From assembly GCA_004524445.1 (NCBI GenBank), contig SDNP01000001.1, positions 98,460-162,459 of the forward strand: a DNA stretch of 64,000 nucleotides, read 5' to 3'. A model generated the notes under the pieces. That model made no database searches and was not told the origin of the DNA. It saw only the letters and a list, made by a program, of their open reading frames with translations. Origin of the DNA: Candidatus Thorarchaeota archaeon. Lineage in GTDB: Archaea > Asgardarchaeota > Thorarchaeia > Thorarchaeales > Thorarchaeaceae. Position numbers and translations under genes: made by a program. Position 1 is the first letter of the stretch. Every line of letters starts with the position of its first letter. Of the stretch, positions 1-10,276 are shown piece after piece.

Positions 1-642
1 GATGGTAGAAACTCAACTGAGATGTCTGTTGCCGAGATGTCCAAGAAGGTAGGGCTGGTCTGGCAAAACCCGGACCATCAATTATTCTTAGACACTGTCA
101 AGAAAGAAGTATTATTTGGCCTTGAGAAATTAGGATTTGATGAAGAAGAAGCAACTAGAAAATGTTCTCAGACGTTATCGCGCCTGGGACTTACTAACCT
201 AGCAGAACGATCGCCATTTTCTCTCTCAGGTGGAGAACGAAAACGCGTCGCCTTGGCATCAATCCTCGCAACCGAGCCAAAGTTTCTCGCTCTTGATGAG
301 CCTACTATTGGACAGGATGCCCGTCAAAAGGAAAAACTTGCAAGCCTCATAATGCAGCTTAATGATGGCGGTTGCACTGTTTTGTGTGTGACGCATGATA
401 TCGAGTTTGTAGTCGAGCATTTTCCACGCACCATAGCGATGTCTGACGGGGAAATTATTGCAGATGGGCATACCGAATCTGTTCTTACAAACGACTACGT
501 TGTAGAACGGGCGTCGCTAGCTTACCCCGAACTCGTTCGGGCTGCCAGAGCATTAAGACGCAACTTTATCGATGTGCCAGAAAAAACAACACAATTAGCA
601 GAGCTGGAAACAGCACTCCTGCAAATTCTCGGAGGGAGCTGA
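1..642 (+). CDS. ecfA: ECF transporter ATPase, 5'-truncated by the window edge
   Basis: QNPDHQLF Q-loop, LSGGERKRVALA signature, LDEPT Walker B, VTHD switch; frame open from base 1; followed by EcfT. Confidence 0.92.
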   Translation, partial: DGRNSTEMSVAEMSKKVGLVWQNPDHQLFLDTVKKEVLFGLEKLGFDEEEATRKCSQTLSRLGLTNLAERSPFSLSGGERKRVALASILATEPKFLALDEPTIGQDARQKEKLASLIMQLNDGGCTVLCVTHDIEFVVEHFPRTIAMSDGEIIADGHTESVLTNDYVVERASLAYPELVRAARALRRNFIDVPEKTTQLAELETALLQILGGS

Positions 643-643
643 G

Positions 644-1414
644 TTGTCATTCTTGGAGGTCTTTCAGTACACACGAAAGCAGACTCCCATCCACAACTTG
701 GACCCCCGCTCCAAGATGGTACTCTCCATTGTGCTAGCTACAATCTCGCTGATGTTTTTGAATATCACATTACTCGTTATTTTATTGGCACTTCTTATTC
801 CCATCTTGGCTCTGAGCGAGTCAATTGGCCGGTGGTCGAAGAGCATGCGGGGCTTGCTACCGCTAATCATCTTTATCATCGTGTTTAACACGCTTTTCTC
901 AACTTTGCAAAATCCTTTCTCCCATTCAATTGCGTTGGCGGTACGACTTGTTGTATTAATGACATCATTCTCTTTGTTCTTTCTGACCGTTCACCCGGAC
1001 GAGCTATCTCAGGCGTTGATACAGATGGGAGTTGGATTTGAATTTGCTTTCGCTATGAGCATGTCAATGCGATATGTTCCAACGCTGGGGCAGGAAGCCT
1101 ATGCCATAATGGATGCCCAGAGGGCACGCGGTGTCGAATTAGATAAGGGCAACTTACTAACTCGAATCCGAAACATAGTACCAATAATCGTTCCACTCAT
1201 AATTGTTTCAATAAGACGGGCATTATCTGTTGCTGAGAGCATGGAATCGCGCGGGTTTGGTGCCTCTGAAAACAGGACCTACATCTATGAACTATCATTT
1301 CGCAGTCGTGACTGGGCAATATCCATTATATCTCTGATAATCCTAATACTAATGGTTTACGTGCGTCTGTATATTCCCCTATCCGATTATCTCTTCTATT
1401 TCATCCCCTTCTAG
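644..1414 (+). CDS. ecfT: ECF transporter transmembrane component T (CbiQ family)
   Basis: LDPRSK N-terminus, hydrophobic helices, AQRARG and MESRGF motifs. Confidence 0.93.
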   Translation: MSFLEVFQYTRKQTPIHNLDPRSKMVLSIVLATISLMFLNITLLVILLALLIPILALSESIGRWSKSMRGLLPLIIFIIVFNTLFSTLQNPFSHSIALAVRLVVLMTSFSLFFLTVHPDELSQALIQMGVGFEFAFAMSMSMRYVPTLGQEAYAIMDAQRARGVELDKGNLLTRIRNIVPIIVPLIIVSIRRALSVAESMESRGFGASENRTYIYELSFRSRDWAISIISLIILILMVYVRLYIPLSDYLFYFIPF

Positions 1415-1574
1415 CGATAATTTGAGCGGATAAAAGGACAAAGGGGATACTGTGTAAAACATGTCGGTTGACTGCTGAGATTTTGTCAAAGAACGAGTTT
1501 TGCGCATTCGAAGCACAAGAATTCATATGCATACAATTTATGAGGATATTTGAGCATTAGTATATATTTGGTGG

Positions 1575-2153
1575 GTGTCGTATTTGAGTAGTCTTCCTGA
1601 CCGGGATGAATACAGAGTAAAGGATTTCGTGAATGATCTGAAGAAGATAAACCCGACTCCAACGATTATGTACGACATTGGGAGCAACCTCATCTATCAT
1701 GAGGTCTGTGCCTGCAAGAACTCCGTAGGGGAAGGTGAATGTGTGACTGCTGAGATGAACGAGTTACTTCAGTTCATGCAGACTGACTATGAACGTGATC
1801 TCCTCGCGGGTCGCCTATGGAGAACAAGGGACACTCCGAGGGCGGCAATTAACAAATACATGCGTGATAGACCAGACGAATTTCTTACCCACAAATTACA
1901 GACGCCAAATACGAAGGTGAAGTTAATTCTCGAAGATGCGGCAAGGGACCGTAAGCGCGAAAAAGAGAAGCTTGCCACATTTGAAAAGGCTGTTCGCAAA
2001 ATGGCTGAGGAGTCCCCGAAAGATCCGGAAGTCTGGAATAGACTCCGCTTACTGCTATGGTTGACAGGGAAGCACAACGAGGCAAGTGCAGCCTTCAGGA
2101 CTGCAAGAAAACTAGGTTGGAATCCTGAAACCAGTACTCTCGTGGGAATTTGA
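1575..2153 (+). CDS. hypothetical protein with a C-terminal TPR-like helix pair
   Basis: 192-aa ORF; PKDPEVWNRLRLLLWLTGKHNEASAAFRTA resembles a TPR repeat. Confidence 0.6.
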   Translation: MSYLSSLPDRDEYRVKDFVNDLKKINPTPTIMYDIGSNLIYHEVCACKNSVGEGECVTAEMNELLQFMQTDYERDLLAGRLWRTRDTPRAAINKYMRDRPDEFLTHKLQTPNTKVKLILEDAARDRKREKEKLATFEKAVRKMAEESPKDPEVWNRLRLLLWLTGKHNEASAAFRTARKLGWNPETSTLVGI

Positions 2154-2353
2154 GCACTCGATTCGGTTTAGAAATCATCTTTCTTCAGGGGTCACCTAAT
2201 GTCCTGTTAGTTTTTTTAAAGCATATAATGTCACATCTTCCAATTCTGCAGCCTTCTTTTCACATGCGAAGGAAGTTGGTTTTGGTCGCACTGAATACGA
2301 ATTGAAGCATATTGCTTAATGGGGACCTATGAAGCTAGCGCCATAACTGCATC

Positions 2354-2713
2354 TCAGAGTGGTTTGATATCGTGTAGAAATGCCTGAAACTCCAACGCTC
2401 TTCCCTCAGGGTCTTCAGCAAAGAATTGATAGATATTGTATTTTCTATTCTCTTTAGGCTGGGTTAATGCAATATCGACCAATTGACTATAGACCGCATC
2501 CACTTCTTCAGTTGTTTCGAAAAAGAATGTCAGCATTCCGTCAGTTTCGTATTGATTTCTCTGGCAGAATCCCAGAAGCAAATTATCCTTTCTAAGAATG
2601 GTACAGTCCGGCTGTTCTAACCAGATGTCCATCCCGACACGTTCAGTGTAGAATTTTGTTAGGTTTTCCAGCATTTTCGTTTTGAAGAAAAATATCCCCG
2701 GCATCTTAATCAC
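2354..2713 (-). CDS. VOC/glyoxalase family protein (start probably ATG at 2704)
   Basis: FYTERVG, EEVDAVY and FFAEDPEGRALEFQ motifs. Confidence 0.85.
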   Translation of the reverse strand: MIKMPGIFFFKTKMLENLTKFYTERVGMDIWLEQPDCTILRKDNLLLGFCQRNQYETDGMLTFFFETTEEVDAVYSQLVDIALTQPKENRKYNIYQFFAEDPEGRALEFQAFLHDIKPL

Positions 2714-3321
2714 TGCTCTCGTTACTCGAAGGTACTACTGCATAGGCATTTTCAATGAACTGCCATCCAGTTGCATTCTGCATGTCTGATATCAGTGAAC
2801 GAACTCTGTTTCTCGTTTCACCTAACCATGCAAATGAGTCTTTTATGGTCCATCGGAATCCAAATCTCTTCATTTGTACAGCTACCTCCAGACTGCAGGA
2901 CACCCATCACAAGAGTGTGTTTCTCGCAACGGACACTTTTCGCAGTCTGCCCTGCACGGTGGAGTATCATAATTGTTTCGGGTTAACTCATTTCTTGATG
3001 TCTAAGCAGCAAGTTGATTAGAATAAATTGGCATTCAATTCCTAAGTAGTATTGCTAATCACGTATTTACTCGTAATCAGGTCGATTATTGGTTTTGTGT
3101 TTCGAATCTTCTCCATGGCAAGTCGTCCTTCTGAGAATCCATCATCTGACAAGGATCAAGTGGCAGGGATGATCTATAGGGGCGCAGAGGTAATATCGCA
3201 TGACTTTGTGTTAAAATCTGTTCCTGCGGAGGTGCGAAACACAACAACGCAAGACACCAGAAAGAATGATTCAGAAAGCGATTATCCAGTTGGTTTATGA
3301 GGAAATCATGTCTTAGAGGAT

Positions 3322-5388
3322 GTGTTCACTGAGTGTGTTATGATGGAATTCGATATATCAAAAGCTATGAGAGTAAAGTTGTCGGATAAATTACCACCGT
3401 ATCCGAAATTTGACTTGAAATACAGGAGAGCCCCTAACCGGGGATACGACCTTGATTATGACGATACAATTACAGCAGTTAAGAATGCATTAAGGTATGT
3501 GCCTAATAATCTCCAGAGTGAGGTAGCGCCAGAATTCTTGGATGAACTAATGACCCGCGGAAGAATCTATGCATATCGCTACCGTCCTCCTGGAGTAATA
3601 AAGGCGAAGCCAATCGACGAATATGAAGGCATTCTGGAAGCCCGAGCACTGCAACTTATGATTGATAATAATCTAGATTTCGATGTTGCTTTATACCCAT
3701 ATGAGCTGGTAACTTATGGCGAGAGTGGTCAAGTCTGTCAGAATTGGCTTCAGTATCGACTGATCAAGAAGTATCTTGAAGTCATGACTGAAGAGCAAAC
3801 GCTTGTTGTGAGTTCTGGGCATCCAGTAGGCCTATTTCCTTCTCACAGAAATGCTCCCCGAGCAATAACAACGAATGGCCTAATGGTAGGAATGTTTGAC
3901 ACCCCTCAAGATTTTCACAGATCAACTGCCCTCGGCGTCGCGAATTACGGACACATGTCAGCAGCTCGCTGATATGCCGTAGAAATGACCGCCGGAGGTT
4001 GGATGTACATTGGTCCACAGGGGATTGTTCACGGGACCTACATTACCCTGTTGAATGCTGGACGGCTCTACCTTGATATTCCTGCAGACCAAGATCTTGC
4101 TGGCGTACTCTATGTCAGCTCTGGTTTGGGAGGAATGAGTGGTGCCCAGGCAAAGGCAGTGGAGATATCTGGTGGCATTGGTGTAATTGCTGAGGTAGAC
4201 AAGAGCAGAATTAAAACACGCAGTGAACAGAATTGGCTCTCTCTTTGGTCAGATGATTTAGATGAAGTCTTTGAGTGGGTGGACAAACATAGAAAGTCAA
4301 AGAGAGCGGTTTCCATTGGGTATCATGGCAATATTGTAGACGTTTGGCAATATGTGGTGGATAATAACATCAAAGTAGAACTTGCCTCTGACCAGACATC
4401 GTGTCATGCTGCATATGAAGGCGGCTACACACCACAGGGCGTTTCGTTTGAAGAGGGTCGTGAGATACTGAAGAATGATAGAGAGAAGTTCAAGAAATTA
4501 GTGGACGAATCATTGCGTAAGCAATTTGACCTCATAAAGACCATGACGGAACGTGGCACGCACTTCTGGGACTATGGTAATAGCTTCATGAAGGCTGTCT
4601 TCGATGCTGGTGTCAAAGAGATAGCGAAGAACAATGAGAATACTAAGGACGGATTCATCTTCCCGTCATATGTAGAAGACATCATGGGTCCAATCTGTTT
4701 CGACTATGGGTATGGCCCTTTCAGATGGGTTTGTCTGAGTGGGAACCATGATGACTTAATCAAGACGGATGAAGCAGCCATGTCTTGTATTGACCCTGAA
4801 CGAAGAGGTCAGGATCGGGACAATTATGTATGGATTCGTGATGCAGATGAGAATGACCTGGTTGTGGGTTCCGAGGCCCGCATATTGTATGCCGATGCAG
4901 CGGGACGGGCAACCATTGCACTGAAGTTCAATGAACTCGTAAGAAAGGGTGAGATCGGACCTATCATGCTAGGCAGAGACCATCATGACACAGGGGGCAC
5001 AGATTCTCCGTTTCGAGAAACCTCCAACATTTATGACGGAAGTAGAATAACCAGCGATATGGCGCATCAATGTTGGGCAGGCAATGCCGCTCGAGGCATG
5101 ACAATGTGTGTGTTGTCTAATGGTGGCGGTGTAGGAGTCAGCAAGGCAATCAATGGAGGTTTTGGACTGGTTCTTGATGGTTCTGAAAGAGTTGATGACA
5201 TTATCAAATCTGCGATTAATTGGGATGTTATGGGTGGCGTTGCAAGGCGTGCTTGGGCAAGAAATCCACACGCAATAGAAACTTCTATTGATTGGAATAG
5301 TACTGTTGCCACAAAGGGCCAAATCACACTACCCTTCATTCCAGAGGAAGGCCTTATCGAACGACTGGTCAGAGAAAAACTGGACTAA
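3322..5388 (+). CDS. hutU: urocanate hydratase (long, UROC1-like type), two exons: 3322-3952 and 3983-5388
   Basis: N-part has NNLDFDVALYPYELVTYG; C-part has MTAGGWMYIGPQGIVHGT, GLGGMSGAQ, SDQTSCH and GRDHHD. Both ORFs are in the same frame. Removing 3953-3982 gives ...NYGQMTAGG... and one 678-aa ORF from the GTG at 3322. Confidence 0.93.
3953..3982 (+). other. 30-nt bulge-helix-bulge (tRNA-type) intron in the hutU mRNA
   Basis: Central helix ACGG(3947-50)/CCGT(3977-80); 3-nt bulges ACA(3951-53) and AGA(3981-83); intron stem CATGTCAGC/GCTGATATG (9 bp, one G-U); exon stem ATT/AAT; in-frame TGA at 3970-72 lies inside the insert. Confidence 0.88.
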
Positions 5389-5416
5389 GTAGATATCTTG
5401 CGTAATCATGCAACAA

Positions 5417-6073
5417 TTAGGATAGCATCTTCGCTTCTTGGTTGCACTGTTTATGAGCTGCCCTCAGTGGTTCTGGGTAGAATCTCTTAGTTGACTCCTT
5501 GGTCACTCTTACCGCTGTTTCAAGGCTAACCCTGTGCCCTATTGAAACAAAGACCGGTTTCTTCTTGCCTTCTAGCCAGACCGCTTCTCCTATTACTTCT
5601 CCCTGATCGACCACATCAGCTCTATCAGCACATCGTTCCCCAAACTCTCCAAGCAATAGTTTCTTTGTCACTCCAATAGTTTGTATATTGAGCCTGACTC
5701 CCAGCCAAGAGGCGAGTCCACACCGTCGAGGATGTAGAATTCCATTGGCATCTACCATGACAGGAAGCCCTGGTTTGATTTTTTTAAGAAGAATCTCCAA
5801 TATCGGCCCTTCTCTTAGAAAGAAGAATCCTGGAACATAGGGGAATTGAGTTTCTCTGACTACGGTTTCATGCCAAAGTTTGGAGTGATTTCCGTAGTCC
5901 ACTGAAACTGCAGAAGCTACCGCTACATCATTCACATAGGCAACATCTACTCCGATTGCAGTAGATCCCGAGATGGGTGGAAAATCCTCTCTAATGACAT
6001 CATACGCCAGTTTCTCTTGTTCGGCCCTGGCTTCTTCCATCATCTGTTCGGATATTTCCATGAAGGATTCCAC
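5417..6073 (-). CDS. nfi: endonuclease V
   Basis: GVDVAY, FPYVPGF..LREGP, MVDANGILHPRRCGLA, IGVTKK and PVFVSIGH motifs. Confidence 0.93.
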   Translation of the reverse strand: MESFMEISEQMMEEARAEQEKLAYDVIREDFPPISGSTAIGVDVAYVNDVAVASAVSVDYGNHSKLWHETVVRETQFPYVPGFFFLREGPILEILLKKIKPGLPVMVDANGILHPRRCGLASWLGVRLNIQTIGVTKKLLLGEFGERCADRADVVDQGEVIGEAVWLEGKKKPVFVSIGHRVSLETAVRVTKESTKRFYPEPLRAAHKQCNQEAKMLS

Positions 6074-6243
6074 ATATAGTATAATGACAATGTTGGCGAA
6101 ATGTCTATCGGTATTATGCTATCTGAAATCCATCCAGCGATGTCAATTCAATTCGCACTAACTGGAAATCCGATTTGCATGTTAATATCTGAAGATATTT
6201 CAATTAGCATAAGACCCTGTTACTAGTTGCCTCCAATAGCTCT

Positions 6244-7155
6244 TTGAAAAAGAAGGTGAACATTATGCATCCCGTTCTACGCGTAGGCGCCTGCTCTCTC
6301 TCGCCCATACCTGGCGATATAGAAGGAAATTTGAAAATCATAAAAGAATGGACAAGACATGGTGCAGAGGAAGAAGTCGATTTGCTTCTCTTTCCTGAAC
6401 TGAGTCTCTCTGGATACTGGCTCAATCATGAACTCTATGACAATGCACAACCTCGAAACGGGCCGGCAGTAACCGAACTTGTTGAATTTCTAGCAGAAGA
6501 TCAGTTAGATGTGGCAATCTCCGTCGGTCTCGCTGAGAAGCACGGAGGTACCATTTACAACACACAAATCCTTTTGGATAAGGATGGAGCACGTTACTTC
6601 TATAGAAAGACACACTGGCCACCAGAAGAGTATAGTTACTGGGGAATGGGAAATACTTATCCCGTGCACAGGTTCAAAGGCTTTACTATTGCAACTACAA
6701 TCTGTTACGATAATAACTTCCCTGAGATTCATCGAATATACGGTCTACAAGGGAGCGACTTAGTTCTAGCTCCTTATTTTTATGGAAAGCAATTCTCTCC
6801 GGATGATATTGATTCAATAAAGGAGTCAATCTATGACTGGAAAAACCGTGAAAAAATGTACTTGAGAGCATCAGCTGCAGCTAATTATCATTGGATTGTA
6901 GCTTGTGTGGGTGCTGGTCCTGTCAGTGACAGATATGTGCAGAACGGGAAGGAGGGCGAAACATATTACGTTCCAGGTGTCATTCTCTTCATTGACCCAG
7001 AGGGTAATGTTGTGAAGGAGTCATCCGACGACGAGGTCATGGAGCAGCTGCTATGGTATGATATTGACCTTGCGGAGAATATGCGAGTACGAAAGAGTGG
7101 TCATAATCACTTCAAGAATCGTCGTCCTGACACCTATTCTAAGCTTGTTGAATGA
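6244..7155 (+). CDS. nitrilase-superfamily carbon-nitrogen hydrolase
   Basis: E-K-C triad in FPELSLSGY, YRKTH and ICYD; C-terminal RRPDTY. Confidence 0.9.
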   Translation: MKKKVNIMHPVLRVGACSLSPIPGDIEGNLKIIKEWTRHGAEEEVDLLLFPELSLSGYWLNHELYDNAQPRNGPAVTELVEFLAEDQLDVAISVGLAEKHGGTIYNTQILLDKDGARYFYRKTHWPPEEYSYWGMGNTYPVHRFKGFTIATTICYDNNFPEIHRIYGLQGSDLVLAPYFYGKQFSPDDIDSIKESIYDWKNREKMYLRASAAANYHWIVACVGAGPVSDRYVQNGKEGETYYVPGVILFIDPEGNVVKESSDDEVMEQLLWYDIDLAENMRVRKSGHNHFKNRRPDTYSKLVE

Positions 7156-7179
7156 TAGTGTTCTTGGATCTGAATTATC

Positions 7180-8637
7180 CTAGGCTCGTCTTACATCGTA
7201 GTCTCGAGGGTCTGTAGCCCTAATTATGGCTGTAACAGAATCCTGATTGAAACCTTTGAATCCTTGTCTTCGCTCAATTACTTCCAGATGGCTGCCTATC
7301 GCACCATTCTCCACGAAATTATCATAACTTCGTTCACCAATGAAACCCTCTTCCAACAAAGCGTCCAATCGCTTCTTCTCAACATCTCTTCTCTTAGCCC
7401 CCGTGAAGGCTTGTTTTAGAAAAGAAAAGTCAGAGAAGGGTTTCATCACCTCTACGCCAAAGCTCTCAAGCGACTTCTGAGCATGGGCAAAATCAACTCT
7501 AGTAGCAAGATGATGCAGTCCCGCTTCTAGAATGCTCTCACCATGAATTGCAGTCCAAAGCCCGACAGTCCCTAGTGATTCCTTTTCATCAAGCTCGGTA
7601 TGCGCAAAATCAATCTCTTTCTCCGTAGCAGAGATATCAATATCTGCAAAAACTACAATCTTGCATTCCTGTTGTTCCAGAATCTGAGCCCCCCATCCAG
7701 CGCTCTCTCCTGCAAAAAACCTCTCTCGGGGTGAGAATCCCATAGTTTCCAGTATTGCAATTAGTGTCATGAAATGTTCTCGTGATGAACGGTACGTATG
7801 ATGGTCATGATTTCCCCATCCTAAGCCAAATTTATCTTGGCGCTCCTTTTGGATTTGCCCTGCCCAGTCGCGGCTTTGCCAAAAGATTCTCTCTGCTCTA
7901 AAGAACGCATCTGCCATTCGTGCGGGTTTCAAGCCGTCAGCAACCTCTTCAACAAGATTCTGTAGAGCCTCCATTCCTTCTTCAGAATCTTCATAACGCC
8001 TACGTCGTAGTCTAAAACTATCAAACGCATCCTGATACTGGTCGATATCTTCTGCTGCAGCCTGCACTTGATATCCATTATATCCTCTTCTCTCTATTGC
8101 AGAAACTTTGAATTTTTCATCTTCTTCAATCAGACATCTTCGATATGGTGCATACATCTCTCCCTCCGTATTATGCCCCTCTCCAATCGATCGAATGAAG
8201 TGCTCCAATTTTTCTGGGTGCAAAACCAGCTCCCTCTCACTCTGATTTGATAGGATAATGGGGAAAAAGATGCTTTTGTTATTGGAATAGACCTCCAATT
8301 CATCTGGTGCATCAATAGATGTATCATGTTCAAACCCGAATGCGGTAAGCTTTTCCTGCATTTCCGAACCCCACGGCAGAATAATATGGTCAATCCAGTC
8401 GATTAGCTTGGTTGACGTAAACGCAGCTATCTGTTTGGAGAATCGGCTGACGAATTCTTGATTCTTCACAAATTCCTTTACCAGTTCTTCAAGGAACATC
8501 TCCACGTCCCCAAATAATTGCCAATCGTATTCATCCATTAGAATCATACTCAATCGCAGAACGACTGCTGGCTGCTCATACGCGGGGATACAATTTTGGT
8601 TTTTGGTTCTCTCCCTTGTATCCAAGCTAATCAGCAA
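7180..8637 (-). CDS. VOC-fold putative metalloenzyme, DUF1338/HPPD-like (start probably ATG at 8538)
   Basis: NHDHHTYRS, GLHHLATR and HLEVIERRQGFKGFN give a possible His-His-Glu triad. Confidence 0.55.
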   Translation of the reverse strand: MLISLDTRERTKNQNCIPAYEQPAVVLRLSMILMDEYDWQLFGDVEMFLEELVKEFVKNQEFVSRFSKQIAAFTSTKLIDWIDHIILPWGSEMQEKLTAFGFEHDTSIDAPDELEVYSNNKSIFFPIILSNQSERELVLHPEKLEHFIRSIGEGHNTEGEMYAPYRRCLIEEDEKFKVSAIERRGYNGYQVQAAAEDIDQYQDAFDSFRLRRRRYEDSEEGMEALQNLVEEVADGLKPARMADAFFRAERIFWQSRDWAGQIQKERQDKFGLGWGNHDHHTYRSSREHFMTLIAILETMGFSPRERFFAGESAGWGAQILEQQECKIVVFADIDISATEKEIDFAHTELDEKESLGTVGLWTAIHGESILEAGLHHLATRVDFAHAQKSLESFGVEVMKPFSDFSFLKQAFTGAKRRDVEKKRLDALLEEGFIGERSYDNFVENGAIGSHLEVIERRQGFKGFNQDSVTAIIRATDPRDYDVRRA

Positions 8638-8663
8638 GAGTAATTACTGAGCATCTTTCCATT

Positions 8664-10223
8664 ATGTACTGCACAGATAGGGTGAAGGTATTGGTTATTG
8701 AAATAGACGGAGAATCTCTCTCTATTGAAGACATAATTGAGGTAGCTCGCAATCATGCGAAAGTAAGATTGGCTGATTCTGCGCGAGTGAAGATGGATAA
8801 GAGCCGAGAAGTCATAGAATCTGCAGTTGAAGATGGTCGAGTAGTCTACGGAGTGAATACTGGCTTTGGAAACTTGGCAAATGTATCAATTGACGGAACC
8901 GAACTGGAGAAATTACAGGTCAATCTCATTAGAAGTCATAGCGTGGGCATAGGAGATCCATTTTCATTAGAGATTGTTAGGGGGATGATGCTCCTGCGAG
9001 CAAATGCATTAGCAAAAGGTTACTCTGGTGTGCGTATTGAATTGGTGGAAACTCTTGTTCAGATGCTAAATGAGCACGTAACGCCAGTAGTTCCTGAAAA
9101 AGGGTCTGTAGGTGCGAGTGGGGATTTAGCACCTCTAGCGCATATGGCTCTCGTTATCATTGGTGAAGGAGAAGCATTCTACGGTGGTGAGAGATTTGAT
9201 GGTAAAACAGCCATGAAGAAAGCTGGAATCAAAACCTTAACTCTACGGGCAAAAGAGGGAGTTGCCCTCATTAATGGAACGCAAGCAATGACCTCTGTTG
9301 GCGCCCTTCTGGTTCATGATGCATTGGCATTAATTCGTGATGCGTTGGTGGCATCCGCAATGAGTCTTGAGGCCCTGCGGGGAACCAGAGCCGCATTCGA
9401 TAAACGAATACATGAATTGCGACCTCACGAAGGTCAGCTAGATGTGGCTGAAGCATTAATGCGTATCCTGCCTGATAGTGAGATTAATCAATCCCACGCA
9501 GATTGTGGAAAAGTTCAAGATGCATACACTCTTCGATGTATTCCTCAAGTGATTGGGGCAAGCCTTGACACAGTACGTTATGTCCGTAGCATTTTGGAAA
9601 CGGAACTCAATTCAGTCACCGACAATCCTCTGGTATTTCCTGATGAACGGGATGTGGTCTCCGGAGGGAATTTCCATGGTCAACCCATCGCATTAGCCAT
9701 GGATTTCCTGGGTATCGCTCTCTCCGAGATAGCAAACATTTCCGAGAGGCGAACTAATCGATTGGTGAATGCTAATTTGAGCGGTCTTCCTCCCTTTCTT
9801 GCTGCAGAAAGCGGCCTGCAATCAGGCATGATGCTTGCTCAGTATACGGCAGCAGCATTGGTTTCAGAAAATAAGATTCTTTCACACCCTGCTAGTGTGG
9901 ACTCAATTCCAACCAGTGCTGATCAAGAGGACCATGTTAGTATGGGGACCATTGCGGCTAGAAAGGCACGGGAAATCTTGGAGAATGTACGTAATGTGAT
10001 TGCTATAGAGTACCTTTGCGCAGCGGAAGGTATTGATTTGCTTACTCCCCTAAAGGCTGCAAATCCACTTATTAGTGCTAAACAAGTCATAAGATCTCAA
10101 GTCGCAAAAATGGAAGATGACCGCGCCCTGTCTAATGATATAGCCAAAATCTGTAATCTCCAATTATCTGGTAAGATGATACAAGAAGTAGAGAGAGAAA
10201 CTGGCTCCATTATCCCTGAATAG
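8664..10223 (+). CDS. hutH: histidine ammonia-lyase (start possibly TTG at 8691)
   Basis: VYGVNTGFG, GSVGASGDLAPL (MIO-forming ASG), QDAYTLRC, GGNFHG and QEDHVSMG. Confidence 0.97.
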   Translation: MYCTDRVKVLVIEIDGESLSIEDIIEVARNHAKVRLADSARVKMDKSREVIESAVEDGRVVYGVNTGFGNLANVSIDGTELEKLQVNLIRSHSVGIGDPFSLEIVRGMMLLRANALAKGYSGVRIELVETLVQMLNEHVTPVVPEKGSVGASGDLAPLAHMALVIIGEGEAFYGGERFDGKTAMKKAGIKTLTLRAKEGVALINGTQAMTSVGALLVHDALALIRDALVASAMSLEALRGTRAAFDKRIHELRPHEGQLDVAEALMRILPDSEINQSHADCGKVQDAYTLRCIPQVIGASLDTVRYVRSILETELNSVTDNPLVFPDERDVVSGGNFHGQPIALAMDFLGIALSEIANISERRTNRLVNANLSGLPPFLAAESGLQSGMMLAQYTAAALVSENKILSHPASVDSIPTSADQEDHVSMGTIAARKAREILENVRNVIAIEYLCAAEGIDLLTPLKAANPLISAKQVIRSQVAKMEDDRALSNDIAKICNLQLSGKMIQEVERETGSIIPE

Positions 10224-10276
10224 CTGGATTTGTGTCCAATCGTGAACCTTTATCTGGTTCCAAAATCCCTAACTAA

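Noticed and set aside
2706-3300. Short ORFs and a minus-strand Cys-rich fragment (PPCRADCEKCP...CDGCP)
   Set aside because: The fragment has no start codon and is bounded by stops. It may be a decayed gene, but I cannot assign it.
3734-3747. 14-nt match between hutU and the reverse complement of the 13960 repeat
   Set aside because: It falls in conserved coding sequence (VCQNW) and was noticed post hoc; probably chance.
3970-3972. Selenocysteine or stop read-through of the in-frame TGA in hutU
   Set aside because: Read-through would insert 10 residues into the YGQMTAG motif and lose the Gln, and the position is not a conserved Cys. BHB excision explains the sequence exactly.
3322-5388. hutU as a pseudogene or a natural two-subunit gene
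   Set aside because: Both halves are otherwise intact, and the only lesion is a precisely excisable structured 30-mer. A random insertion is unlikely to form a canonical BHB.
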